This document shows, piece after piece, positions 26,305 to 38,800 of a stretch of 64,000 bases of DNA. The stretch is from Tubiluchus corallicola. Its lineage: Eukaryota; Animalia; Priapulida. Both the position numbers and the translations under genes were made by a program. The DNA lies in assembly GCA_030141605.1 (NCBI GenBank), contig JAQGDQ010000686.1, positions 1 through 64,000 on the forward strand. Direction: 5' to 3'. Position 1 is the stretch's first letter. Each line of letters begins with the position of its first letter. A model generated the notes under the pieces. That model was not told the DNA's origin, made no database searches, and was given only the letters and a program-made list of their open reading frames with translations.

Positions 26305-27979
26305 TTTGCTTGAATATACAGTGCCTTATTTGATAGTGCATAAATAGCATATCCTGGTGTCTTGGGTAAACTCTTTACTGTAAAATGACACACACTTGAT
26401 TTAAAAACACTATTTACTTATTAATTGCTTCACACTTGCTGGATAGTCGACTTAACTGATATAAAAGTTTGAATTTTAGATAGCAACATGCTCCACTTTT
26501 GCAAAATGTGCAACTCAGTTAAAGGTGTTAACTCTGCATCACTCTCATTTTTGTTGTTGTTGCTCTTTTATCACACATGAAGCAGGTTTGCAGCTGCCTG
26601 CCATTTGTCTGATACGTAGTGAATATGAAGCCACATTCAACATGAAAGGCTCTTGTCAGGAGTGAGAACTTTCACACTTTTGCAAGTCTAAATATCGGAT
26701 ACAAAGAGCTTTCCATCAGGATTAAACAAAAGATGTTGTTTATCGTGAAATGTTTGCACAAGAGACGGATTATCAAAAGGCGTTAGCTCAATAAAATTGA
26801 TTTTGTGGCATGGGGAACAAGTGTAGTGTGCTTAGTTGACAAAGTTAAGCTACTGTGAGTTGCTATTATATAGAGGGGTGACTATTACAAAAGCTGCTTC
26901 AGAGCACCTCATCAGCCATGTGATATCATTCATCCAGGTAACGCAACAATCAGCATGGCTAATGAAACCACCCAGAGTGAGTACAGGTTGGTCATGAACT
27001 ATTTTCTTACAAGTTCAGCTTGTCACAAAGCACACGCCTTGACAACTCGACTGTTCAGTTTGTCTGTATTGACTTTGTGAGAGTTTTCTGATTTGTAACA
27101 TTAAATATTGAGTAAAGTCAGACTAGTTGAAGGCAAGCATCAGCCTCCGTCATTTGAAAGAGAAAGAAAATGAAAGAGTACTGGACAATATTAGAGTATA
27201 TTATAAATAGATTCACGAAGGTGGTGCAACTTTGATCACGATCTTACAAGAAAATAATGGAACGTTTTAAACATTACCACACTGATGTTTTATGCAGAAA
27301 CAAAGATAGAGAAATTTTAAATCAGATATTAAAAAATAAATGCCAGAAAAGATTTTGTGTCCATTGTTAAAATTAAAAGCAATTATTCCAAGTGTCCAAC
27401 ATTTTCACTGCAAAAAGTGGACAAAGTTTCTCACTTCTCCAAAAGGGATTCGATCCCAGCACTAAACAACTTTTGCTTTTACTTCGTCTGCATAAAGTAG
27501 CTCTGGGCAGCCATCATACCACCAGCCATCATTCAAAGAATTCCAAATACCACAGTCGAGAGGATCAAGTCCCCTTTTTTCCTAGATAGCAACTCATTAT
27601 CAAAGCTTTGTTTCTGTGCTGAAGATATGACACAAACTGATTCATTTCTTTATCATTTTTCTCAGTTCCATTTATTGAGTGTCACCACAAGACTCTAATA
27701 GAGCATATTATGATTAGGTTGACGGGGCTGAATTGTGCATCGAAATTTTACAATGTTCTCTCCTGAAGGCATTTCTTGTTGAACTTAAATTCACTGCAGG
27801 TTGATGTGCTGTAGTTGACTTGTTATAATAAATGTTTCTAGTTGTTCGCAATGTAATTTAATGTTTTCCATTGATGGTTTTGTTCATAAAACTTCAAATG
27901 TATTTTGATTTGTTTGATAGACATGATCTCTTACTGACCAACATCTACTCACTGATCCGTATATATTTCAACTTTGCCT

Positions 27980-28822
27980 TCATTTGCACAAACAGATTTT
28001 CTTGAAAGCTGCTCTAAACTTGTTGTTCATTACGGCATAGATGATTGGATTGGCAAAACTGTTACAGTATCCAAACCAAAGCCTGAGCAAATTATAACGG
28101 TCATTTTTCAAAGGATCCTCTTTTGTAACTATGAAAGTAGGTCCCCAGCAAACGAAGAATACAACAGTGGTCACAAGTAACATCTTTGTTGCTTTCATTT
28201 CTGCCACGTTTACACTAGCCTGTGGATTTTCTTGATGAATTCTCAACACTTGCCTGCGCGCAGCCTTCCATATTATTGTGTATAGTACTGATAGTATGAT
28301 TATAGGCAAATAAAAAAACAGAATTTTATCCATTAGAACTACTGAATGAAATTCTTTCCTCTTTAGTGTTGTCAGCAGACAGGCTGCAGCAAACCCAAGA
28401 AACCAAATAACAGAAATAAAAGCAGCTATCGTCTTCCCGGTGATGTAGATGTTATACTTATAGGGATGTAAAATAGCCAGATACCTTTCAACAGCTATTA
28501 CACACAGATGTATTATGCTCACATTTACTGAAAGTACCACAACAAATCCGGCGACATCATTTAATATTAATATCGTGTTAACCAGACTTAAGAGAATTAC
28601 TCTCACAGGCAGCACTATTCCGACTAGTAAATCCGCCACAGCAAGCGACACGATCAGTGCATTCGTTTTCGTTTGCAATTGTGTGTATTTATAAACTGCT
28701 ATCAGAACTAACATGTTGCCAATAATTACAAGCACAGCAGTAAACAGGTACAAAACAACTTGAAGATTTTGCAAGAGTTTCTGCTCTGTTTGATCTGTCA
28801 CATTTATCGAAAAATTAACCAT
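27980..28822 (-). CDS. Single-exon class A GPCR, family A (A10), 280 aa
   Basis: Intact 7TM ORF; C-terminal third essentially identical to A8. Confidence 0.95.
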   Translation of the reverse strand: MVNFSINVTDQTEQKLLQNLQVVLYLFTAVLVIIGNMLVLIAVYKYTQLQTKTNALIVSLAVADLLVGIVLPVRVILLSLVNTILILNDVAGFVVVLSVNVSIIHLCVIAVERYLAILHPYKYNIYITGKTIAAFISVIWFLGFAAACLLTTLKRKEFHSVVLMDKILFFYLPIIILSVLYTIIWKAARRQVLRIHQENPQASVNVAEMKATKMLLVTTVVFFVCWGPTFIVTKEDPLKNDRYNLLRLWFGYCNSFANPIIYAVMNNKFRAAFKKICLCK

Positions 28823-29084
28823 TGCGGAACTTATATTTCTTATTTGTTAGAGCACCAATTGCTTAGCAGTGTATAAAGCAAACTTAGCAGTAAAAATGCA
28901 AAACAGTTTCTCACTATACACACACGTTATCTGCTTTTGGTAAATGGCTATTCTGGCCACTGCAAGCCGGGAGCTCTATAATAAAGTTTCCATAATAACA
29001 CACAGCAAATATCATTACCTGGAACACATTAGTGAGCATTTATTTGCTTGTTTTTCTTATTAGTGGCTATTTGTATGTTTTGGA

Positions 29085-32000
29085 CATATAAACAAGAGAC
29101 AGGGAAAATGGCTCATGTAGGATAAATAGAGGAACAAGAACTGACTCATATAAACGAGGCACAGGGAAAATGGCTCATGTAGGATAAATAGAGCAACAAG
29201 AACTGAGTCATATAAATGAGAGACAGACAAAATGGCTCATGTAGGACAAATAGAGGAACAAGAACTGACTCATATAAATGAGGCACAGACAAATGGCTCA
29301 TGTAGGATAAATAGAGGAACAAGAACTGACTCATATAAATGAGGCACAGGGAAAATGGCTCATGTAGGACAAATAGAGGAACAAGAACTGACTCATATAA
29401 ACGAGAGACAGGGAAAATGGCTCATGTAGGATAAATAGAGGAACAAGAACTGACTCATATAAACGAGAGACAGACAAAATGGCTCATGTAGTATAAATAG
29501 AGGAACAAGAACTGACTCATATAAACGAGAGACAGACAAAATGGCTCATGCAGGACAAATAGAGGAACAAGAACTGACTCATATAAACGAGAGACAGACA
29601 AAATGGCTCATGTAGGATAAATAGAGGAACAAGAACTGACTCATATAAACAAGAGACAGGGAAAATGGCTCATGCAGGATAAATAGAGGAACGAGAACTG
29701 ACTCATATAAACGAGGCACAGGGAAAATGGCTCATGTAGGATAAATAGAGCAACAAGAACTGAGTCATATAAATGAGAGACAGACAAAATGGCTCATGTA
29801 GGACAAATAGAGGAACAAGAACTGACTCATATAAATGAGGCACAGACAAATGGCTCATGTAGGATAAATAGAGGAACAAGAACTGACTCATATAAATGAG
29901 GCACAGGGAAAATGGCTCATGTAGGACAAATAGAGGAACAAGAACTGACTCATATAAACGAGAGAAAAAATGGCTCATGTAGGATAAATAGAGGAACAAG
30001 AACTGACTCATATAAACAAGAGACAGGGAAAATGGCTCATGTAGGATAAATAGAGGAACAAGAACTGACTCATATAAACAAGAGACAGGGAAAATGGCTC
30101 ATGTAGGATAAATAGAGGAACAAGAACTGACTCATATAAACGAGAGACAGGGAAAATGGCTCATGTAGGATAAATAGAGGAACAAGAACTGACTCATATA
30201 AACGAGAGACAGGGAAAATGGCTCATGTAGGATAAATAGAGGAACAAGAACTGACTCATATAAACGAGAGACAGACAAAATGGCTCATGTAGTATAAATA
30301 GAGGAACAAGAACTGACTCATATAAACGAGGCACAGGGAAAATGGCTCATGTAGGACAAATAGACGAACAAGAACTGACTCATATAAATGAGGCACAGGA
30401 AAAATGGCTCATGTAGGATAAATAGAGCAACAAGAACTGACTCATATAAACGAGGCACAGGGAAAATGGCTCATGTAGGATAAATAGAGCAACAAGAACT
30501 GACTCATATAAACGAGAGACAGGGAAAATGGCTCATGTAGGATAAATAGAGCAACAAGAACTGACTCATATAAATGAGGCACAGACAAATGGCTCATGTA
30601 GGATAAATAGAGGAACAAGAACTGAGTCATATAAATGAGAGACAGGGAAAATGGCTCATGTAGGATAAATAGAGCAACAAGAACTGACTCATATAAACGA
30701 GGCACAGGGAAAATGGCTCATGTAGGACAAATAGAGCAACAAGAACTGACTCATATAAACGAGAGACAGGGAAAATGGCTCATGTAGGATAAATAGAGCA
30801 ACAACAACTGACTCATATAAATGAGGCACAGACAAATGGCTCATGTAGGATAAATAGACGAACAAGAACTGAGTCATATAAATGAGAGACAGGGAAAATG
30901 GCTCATGTAGGATAAATAGAGCAACAAGAACTGACTCATATAAACGAGGCACAGGGAAAATGGCTCATGTAGGACAAATAGAGCAACAAGAACTGACTCA
31001 TATAAACGAGAGACAGGGAAAATGGCTCATGTAGGATAAATAGAGCAACAAGAACTGACTCATATAAATGAGAGACAGGGAAAATGGCTCATGTAGGATA
31101 AATAGAGCAACAAGAACTGACTCATATAAATGAGGCACAGACAAATGGCTCATGTAGGATAAATAGAGGAACAAGAACTGAGTCATATAAATGAGAGACA
31201 GGGAAAATGGCTCATGTAGGATAAATAGAGGAACAAGAACTGACTCATATAAACGAGGCACAGGGAAAATGGCTCATGTAGGACAAATAGAGCAACAAGA
31301 ACTGACTCATATAAACGAGGCACAGGGAAAATGGCTCATGTAGGATAAATAGAGCAACAAGAACTGACTCATATAAATGAGGCACAGGAAAATATAGGAT
31401 AATAGAGCAACAAGAACTGATCAATAAACGAGACAGGGAAAATGGCTCATGAGGACAAATAGAGGAACAAGAACTGACTCATATAAATGAGAGACAGACA
31501 AAATGGCTCATGTAGGACAAATAGAGCAACAAGAACTGAGTCATATAAATGAGAGACAGACAAAATGGTGTGGAGAACTGACTATATAAGAGACAGGAAA
31601 ATGGCTCATGTAGGACAAATAGAGGAACAAGAACTGACTCATATAAATGAGAGACAGACAAAATGGCTCATGTAGGACAAATAGAGCAACAAGAACTGAG
31701 TCATATAAACGAGAGACAGACAAAATGGCTCATGTAGGACAAATAGAGCAACAAGAACTGACTCATATAAATGAGGCACAGAGAAAATGGCTCATGTAGG
31801 ATAAATAGAGCAACAAGAACTGACTCATATAAACGAGAGACAGACAAAATGGCTCATGTAGGACAAATAGAGCAACAAGAACTGAGTCATATAAATGAGA
31901 GACAGACAAAATGGCTCATGTAGGACAAATAGAGGAACAAGAACTGACTCATATAAATGAGGCACAGGGAAAATGGCTCATGTAGGATAAATAGAGCAAC

Positions 32001-32324
32001 AAGAACTGAGTCATATAAATGAGAGACAGGGAAAATGGCTCATGTAGGACAAGTAGAGGAACAAGAACTGACTCATATAAACGAGAGACAGACAAATGGG
32101 GGTCGGAGGACAAATAGAGAAACAAGAACTGACTCATATAAACGAGAAACAGACAAAATGGCTCATGTAGGACAAATTGAGGAACAAGAACTGACTCATA
32201 TAAACGAGAAACAGACAAAATGGCTCATGTAGGACAAATAGAGGAACAAGAACTGACTCATATAAATGAGAGACAGGGAAAATGGCTCACGTAAGACAAA
32301 TAGACGAACAAGAACTGACTCATA
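29085..32324. repeat. 62-bp satellite, about 52 copies
   Basis: Unit aaatggctcatgtaggataaatagaggaacaagaactgactcatataaacgagagacaggga; period 62 (29110 to 29172). The ORFs listed here are repeat artefacts. Confidence 0.97.
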
Positions 32325-32705
32325 CTTCTGATGGCATTTTGTGAGAGATAGTTAGGGCACTTATTTTCAAAGCCTCCACACACAAGGAGGACAGGGGGGC
32401 CTGATAGTAAAAAAACAGCATCGATGGCTGCTAAATACCATCGCAATGGAAATTTCAAACTGAGACTACCTCACAATTAAGAAATCTTCCTGTGTTTGAT
32501 CCATAGCATTGTTCGGCCAAGCATGGCAGGAGGTGTTGTTATTTGCAGAAACACAAAAACTGTACCAAGAACTGTGCAACGGGTACGATGATGATCTACA
32601 AAGATCTTACACGTAAAAAGATAGATTCATATATTCCTCACTTTGTCGAGCTAATTAAGCACCCGTCAAAAAGTGCACAGCAAAGAAACAAAATTTTACA
32701 CTTAC

Positions 32706-32826
32706 CTTTCAATATAATGTTGACATTAGCCGTTGTGCCAGCATCATTCCTGATACCTGTGTAGGTAATAATAAGATACGTGTATCGATCAGCGGGATGG
32801 TTGTCTTCAAGAATCGTCACTGAAGC
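32706..32826 (-). CDS. PKD1-like exon: start of cytoplasmic PLAT domain
   Basis: tag|ASVTILEDNHPADRYTYLIITYTGIRNDAGTTANVNIILK g|gtaagt; 121 nt. Confidence 0.9.
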
Positions 32827-35800
32827 CTACGTAACAAAAAAATAGCATTTTCAAACTTTGATGGGTGACCGCCTAGTAATACCAGGTGCTGTAGGCCTGC
32901 GGGATGCCTGCACTATATCTCGACACTAGGTGGAGGAGCTGCGCAAGGAGCCAACGGCTAGAGGACGGAGGAGGTCAAGCGACCCAACGGCCATGTGTAG
33001 AGGAGTAAACCTTCCAAATCAAGAGTGGAGCCCCGAAGGCGGACCAGTACAGCATGTTCACTGACTCCGGCAGCTCCTGCAGCCAACCTGGTGCCAAACA
33101 TATCACTCTGCTTTCCTTTGGACTACACCAGGGAGGAAGAGAGGGGGGGTTTCTGTTGCCTGGGCAACTCAGGATCTCCATACACCTTGCCCAGGCGTGA
33201 GTCCTGGAGAGGCTACTCCAGTGGTTCAAGTCGACGCTGCAGCTGCATTGGCGCACAATCCATTGTCTTCTGAGACAGAAGGATGCCAACAAGACATGAA
33301 GTGCAATGATGCAGGCATTATCACATTAAGACATTTCTAACCAGTAACTTTTAATTCCATTATCAGCAGTGAGCGACACCTAGTGCCCAACTAGTGCTCA
33401 ATATAGCTCAGTATTAAGTGAAAAAATAAGTACTTAAAGGACATAAAAACAGGTTACCTTAAATAGGTTTCAAAAAAATCTTCATAAAAAATATTCGCTT
33501 ATAGCGATTTTATGCATATATCGTACTCGCATCGCCTGTTCCGACCGCGTAATTACATGACGTCACATACGCGCAAAATAAGTCAGGGGAAGAAAAGGAA
33601 ATGTTAAACAGCGTCCCAAAAAAATTCTCCAAGCAAAGTTATATAACACTGCATTTCGCTTACCTGCTTGAAAGACTTATGTAACTACAAAAGAAAATTC
33701 TTAATAGTTTAAAATGTTCAAGCCAATTGGTAATTGCCGTTGACACACCTCCAGCATGCTCCAAAAAACTTACTTTTAACCTTACTGAAAATATATGGTA
33801 ATTTAAGATTTTGTTTTCTTAGTGAAATGTGAGATGAGGTACAAATGTGAGATTATTCCTTTATTTTTATGCAATGTTATGTAAACTTGTTTCAAATGAC
33901 TTATTGCCAAAATGGCTCCATCTAACGATCATTGCGGGAGCTTAAATTTTGAAGTTTTATGCAGCGTTAGTGCAAGCCCCGTGTGCAATAAGACAGCAAG
34001 TAAGTGGTACAAAATTTCAAGATGGATTATTTAAGCTTTACATAATTGAAAGATTTCCTTGTGCTTTAGGTCAAACCACAAGACTGGCACACCCTCGACA
34101 AGCATACCAAACAAACTACAGTGCTCTATGATCAAACAATATATAGCTCGCACTTGCAGCACACTTAGTAATACACATTGTTCATATGGTATGTACATCT
34201 TGTTGTTGGCATCCTTCTGTCTCGGAAGACAATGGAATGTGCGCCAAGAGAGTCAGTTTTCATTTCTGTCGTCATGAGTGCCCTCTGCGAAGATGTAAAA
34301 ATGTAAGTTTTATTGCTATAATCACAGGACAAGCATACCCTTAATTTATCCTGTAAATCTGTCCTCCTTGCCCAAACTGTCAACGCCAAGTACACCACCC
34401 AAGTGAAACTGATGAACAATACGATCACGGGATTCTTAAAAAACGTAGCAAATAGTACGACGTCTTTGATGGGGTTAATTTTGTTCGGTGCGGCTATGAG
34501 AAGTCTGACGGCACCTGCAAAACTGCTCATGTGATAACAGTGACAGTGAAGTCTGCTCATAGACGTCTGTGGACCAACCTGTAACGATAAATATACGAAA
34601 TAAGAGCAGGTTTAAAACCAATCAAAATATTTACAAGAACCACTTGTTTGCGATGCTCAAGAGATTCAAATTCAAATTCAGTTTATTTCACCAGCAAAGT
34701 ACAATAACACAAATAGACATGTACAACGTTTTGTATAATTGGAAAAAAAACAAAAAAAAAATAATTTCAGACTCCCTAGAAATACTATATTAAGGAGTTG
34801 AAGTTTGCCACACGGTACCTAAGAAGGGGACCTTGTTAAGCCACCATGAAATGTGAAATAAAGAATGAAGAAGGTAGATGATGAGAAAAGAAGAGACTAA
34901 AGAAGAGCTATGTTACAGTTAGTAGAAAGAAAACAGAAGGAAAGAAGAAGTCAAAAGAAAACATAATAAGAAAACAATGGCCATGTTCAGGTGGCACACT
35001 GTCCCTTTTCCTAACTGTGAACTCAACTTGCCTGTTGACTTAAATAGGTCGAGCTAGGTCAGTTTCAGCTCGAAACACAGGTATTCTTATTGTAGAAGAT
35101 CCTATTCTTTGTGGTGTAATTCTTTTGTAGAAATCTTATGATGATGAGAAAGATATACATATAATTATTTGTTCATAATTATGCTTAATTAATTTAGTGT
35201 CTGTATGTGTGTAAAGAATGCCGATTGTCTTTTTATATACTGAGCAAATTTTGTCGGCGTGACGGTGTCATTATTTATTAGTTTGAAAACACTCTAAATT
35301 TCCTTCGTAATTTAATTTCCCAGATTAAACGACGACATTTATGAAGCAGATATTGGATGCTGAATTATCATTTTGCGTACTTCAGGAGAGCAAATAAACA
35401 GCCTATGAACCTCGCTGGTATAATTACTTTTACTCAGTTCCTATTTATTTGAAAAAATGCAATTTCGCAGAATGCTTCGATCTTTATAATCGATCATCCT
35501 CAAGTTTTTCAATGCTTAGCATTGAACATGGTCAATCGTATAAAGTCGAAGCATTTAGTGAAGACGTGGGTGTCTTTTTAGCTAAAATTACTTACGCATA
35601 TATAACAGACTTCACATGATTTATTTGTTAGTTGTCCACAAGGCAACGAATGATGATTCAGTGCTATTAAAAAATTAAGAAAGTTGAGGCTTCAGTCACA
35701 GTTAAATAAGGGGGCGCGTAAAGAAATGGTTGCCCCCCCCCATACTGTACAAAAGAAACTTGAAAGAGTAGATAAAGCCCAACGAAACTATTAGAAAGAC

Positions 35801-38800
35801 CATGTAATTGTGAGTAAAGAATATTTATCGTAATGTCTGGTAGACTCATATCTCGATTTGCCAGACCTCACTTTTATGGATCTCTGAAAATTCGGACAAA
35901 ATCTGGTCCGTAAGAAAGCCCCGCATCTACGGACAGGCCGTTGTTTCACGTACTGACTGCTAGGTGGCAGTCTGTCATTTTGTTTGTATGACGTACATCA
36001 GTGTAACCACATGTATATCTCTATATGTAAAAATATAGAGTCAATTATGCTGAGTCATTTGAGTCAATTGCCGACAGTTTTTGTACGCTTTTGCTTAGGA
36101 GAGGCCTGTACTAGTTTTTGAGACAACTAGGTGATTGATTCTACATTACCTTGAGTCTAATACATGGTACCTACAGTATTAGTTTAGTATCGGAAAATAC
36201 GGACATTCGGCAAATTCGTACCGACGCCTCCCCGTTTTTGGCCTGCAAACCGAGATATGACTGCGATGACTGCGTTGTCAATAAATAATGTTATGACAAT
36301 AAATGGGAGCTCCGGGCACCATGAATAGACAAGGACATGACTCATGCTGATTTCTCAAAGGGAATGGAGTCATGACATATTTCTTCTAAACATTGATTGA
36401 TTTTTGATTTCTAACAATAAAAAATGGAAAAAATTAAAAAAAACACGTTAAACGAGAAATATTTTAATGTCTACAATATTAAAATATACTACAGTTGTCT
36501 GCTTGTGATAACTTTTAAATGCAATTTTATGTTCAAATTTAAACTTAATCTCAATAGTTTACACACCTTATTCTGAAATCTTCGTCAAGATAATTGCGCA
36601 TATTACTAATAGCAACATTACTTACAGGGTGGTTGACTTTGGTAACTTTTAGTTTTTTGCCACTCTTTCACCAATCACTTGATCATCATTAACTCAGATA
36701 ATTTCTTCATTTAATAATCTTGTCACTTTGTATCATATTATCATTTCGTGCCCTGTGTTTTTCTTGTAAAAAAGGTGAAAAATAAAGATACTTACTTACT
36801 TACTTACAATGAAGCCATCGTTTCTGCACACCCTGTACAAGTGCATTTTAGTAATTGCATGAACCATGCATACAGAATGAAAATCAATCTTTTAAAACGA
36901 TGGCACATTAGGGGATTACAGCCTTGCTTGAATGTTTTGCTGCTACGATGAAAGAAATTAACATTACCTACCGAGAACAAATCACTTGACTTAAATTCCA
37001 TTAGTATTACATCAGGCCCGATTCATTTAGCTTTAGAATTTATAAAAGCAATGCAACTACCTGACAGCCGGCACTAGACCATTGTTCTGTTGATGTGTTC
37101 CAGTACAAACACTGAGCTCTGTAGACAGATAGGGTAAGATTCAGATGCACTCGGTCGGCTAAAAACACAGCAAACGTGATAGACAATCTTCAATTCAATG
37201 CAAAAATATGTTCTTTGATCTATAGCAAAAAGCACAGGGACTGTATTGAAAGTGTCAACACCACCTCTGCAAATACTGTGCAAATATGAATGGGTCTATC
37301 GTTGATGTTGAAGTTGTTTATTAGAAATTTCAACGTCCAACATGCGTGCCTTCATTAGTCTAGTGTCAGCAAAAAATTTAAGTAGATTCAATTAACGAAA
37401 AGCAACGAACCACAGATGCTATAATGCGTGCAGTGATGGTAAAACATTTGCATTCTGGTGAATTAAATAACTCTAACGGGGCGTTCAAACTGGCGAGTTT
37501 TCTCATCGAGTAACTCGTAAGCAGTTCAGACTAGACAGCAAAACTTGCTACGAGTTACTCTCTGACAGCAAGTGCAAGCTACTCACTACGCACGACTTCC
37601 TATTCACAGCAAGAAGAGTTGAGAGTAACTCACCGAGGCATTCACACTAGGCAGGAAATCAACTCGCAGCAATTGTTGGAGAGTTTGCATTTCTTGTCGA
37701 CAGTAACTCACTGAGGCGTTCACACTAGGCAGTAAGTCAACTCGCAGCAACTGTTGGAAACTTTTCAATACTTGCCAACAGTAACTCACCGAGGCGTTCA
37801 CACTAGCCAGTAAATCAATTCGTAGCAATTGTTGGAAACTTTTCAATACTTGCCAACAGTAACTCACCGAGACGTTCACACTAGGCAGTAAATCGACTTG
37901 CAGCAATTGTTGGAGAGTTTGCATTTCTTGTCGACAGTAACTCACCGAGACGTTCACACTAGGCAATAAATCAACTTGCAGCAATTGTTGGAGAGTTTGC
38001 ATTTCTTGTCGACAGTAACTCACCGAGACGTTCACACTAGGCAATAAATCAACTTGCAGCAACTGTTGGAGACTTTTCAACACTTGCCAACAGTAACTCA
38101 CTGAAGAGTTCACACTAGGCAGTAAATCAACTTGCAGCAATTGTTGGAGAGTTTGCATTTCTTGTCGACAGTAACTCACCGAGAGGTTCACACTAGGCAG
38201 GAAATCAACTCGCAGCAACTGTTGGAGACTTTTCACTACTTGCCAACAGTAATTCACTGAGGCGTTCACACTAGGCAGTAAATCAAAGCAGTTCACACTT
38301 GCTAGTCTGCTGTCAGAGACAAAACTTGGGACAGAAAACTCGCTTATCTGAATGCACCATAAGATCCTCTGCGTACCCATTCATGTTTGTTTAGTATTTG
38401 CTAAAAGTGAATATCAAGTCACTTAAAGGTAAAATGCACACAATTTGACACTGTTGTTAGCAATGGTTGATAAAAGTAAGCATGACACTTGTTACGTATC
38501 AAAAGACTCCAGATTGTTTCCACAGACTTTATTTATTACAAGCAGGCGTAGACTTACAACTTACAACTGTTTGGCCACAAGTTAATTAATTATAAAAAAC
38601 TACTGACAACTCATACGTCTCTTAAACTTTTCTTAAACAGATTAGTTTTAAATCTCCAATCTGCTTTGATGAATTTATTCGTAGATGCTGCCATACTAGA
38701 AAGTTTCCGCTGCTGTCAAACAAGGAAAAATTCCCATTCTAAAACAATGTCAGTATGGTCACAGTCAGAATCACGCCCAGCGTGTTTTGAAGTGTTTAAA

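Noticed and set aside
1929-28822. Naming the receptors as adenosine, histamine H2, adrenergic or TAAR orthologues
   Set aside because: Only generic class A motifs are shared, and Asp3.32 and the ECL2 disulfide are absent; orthology needs a phylogeny.
31380-31600. Locally degenerate satellite units (also at about 60900-60980)
   Set aside because: Clustered single-base deletions look like long-read consensus errors.
29146-32458. Many short hydrophobic ORFs
   Set aside because: They are translations of the 62-bp satellite; the period is not a multiple of 3.
32326-32595. Exon-like segments with plausible splice sites just downstream of the PLAT exon
   Set aside because: No phase-compatible reading gives a convincing PLAT continuation; left unassigned.
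32855-32896. 5S rRNA gene
   Set aside because: Only about 40 nt of the 3' part, with mismatches and no poly-T terminator; treated as a SINE head.
37604-38380. 258-aa ORF with a 26-aa Leu-rich repeat
   Set aside because: Lies in the 78-bp array inside a TIR-bounded element and does not fit an LRR consensus.
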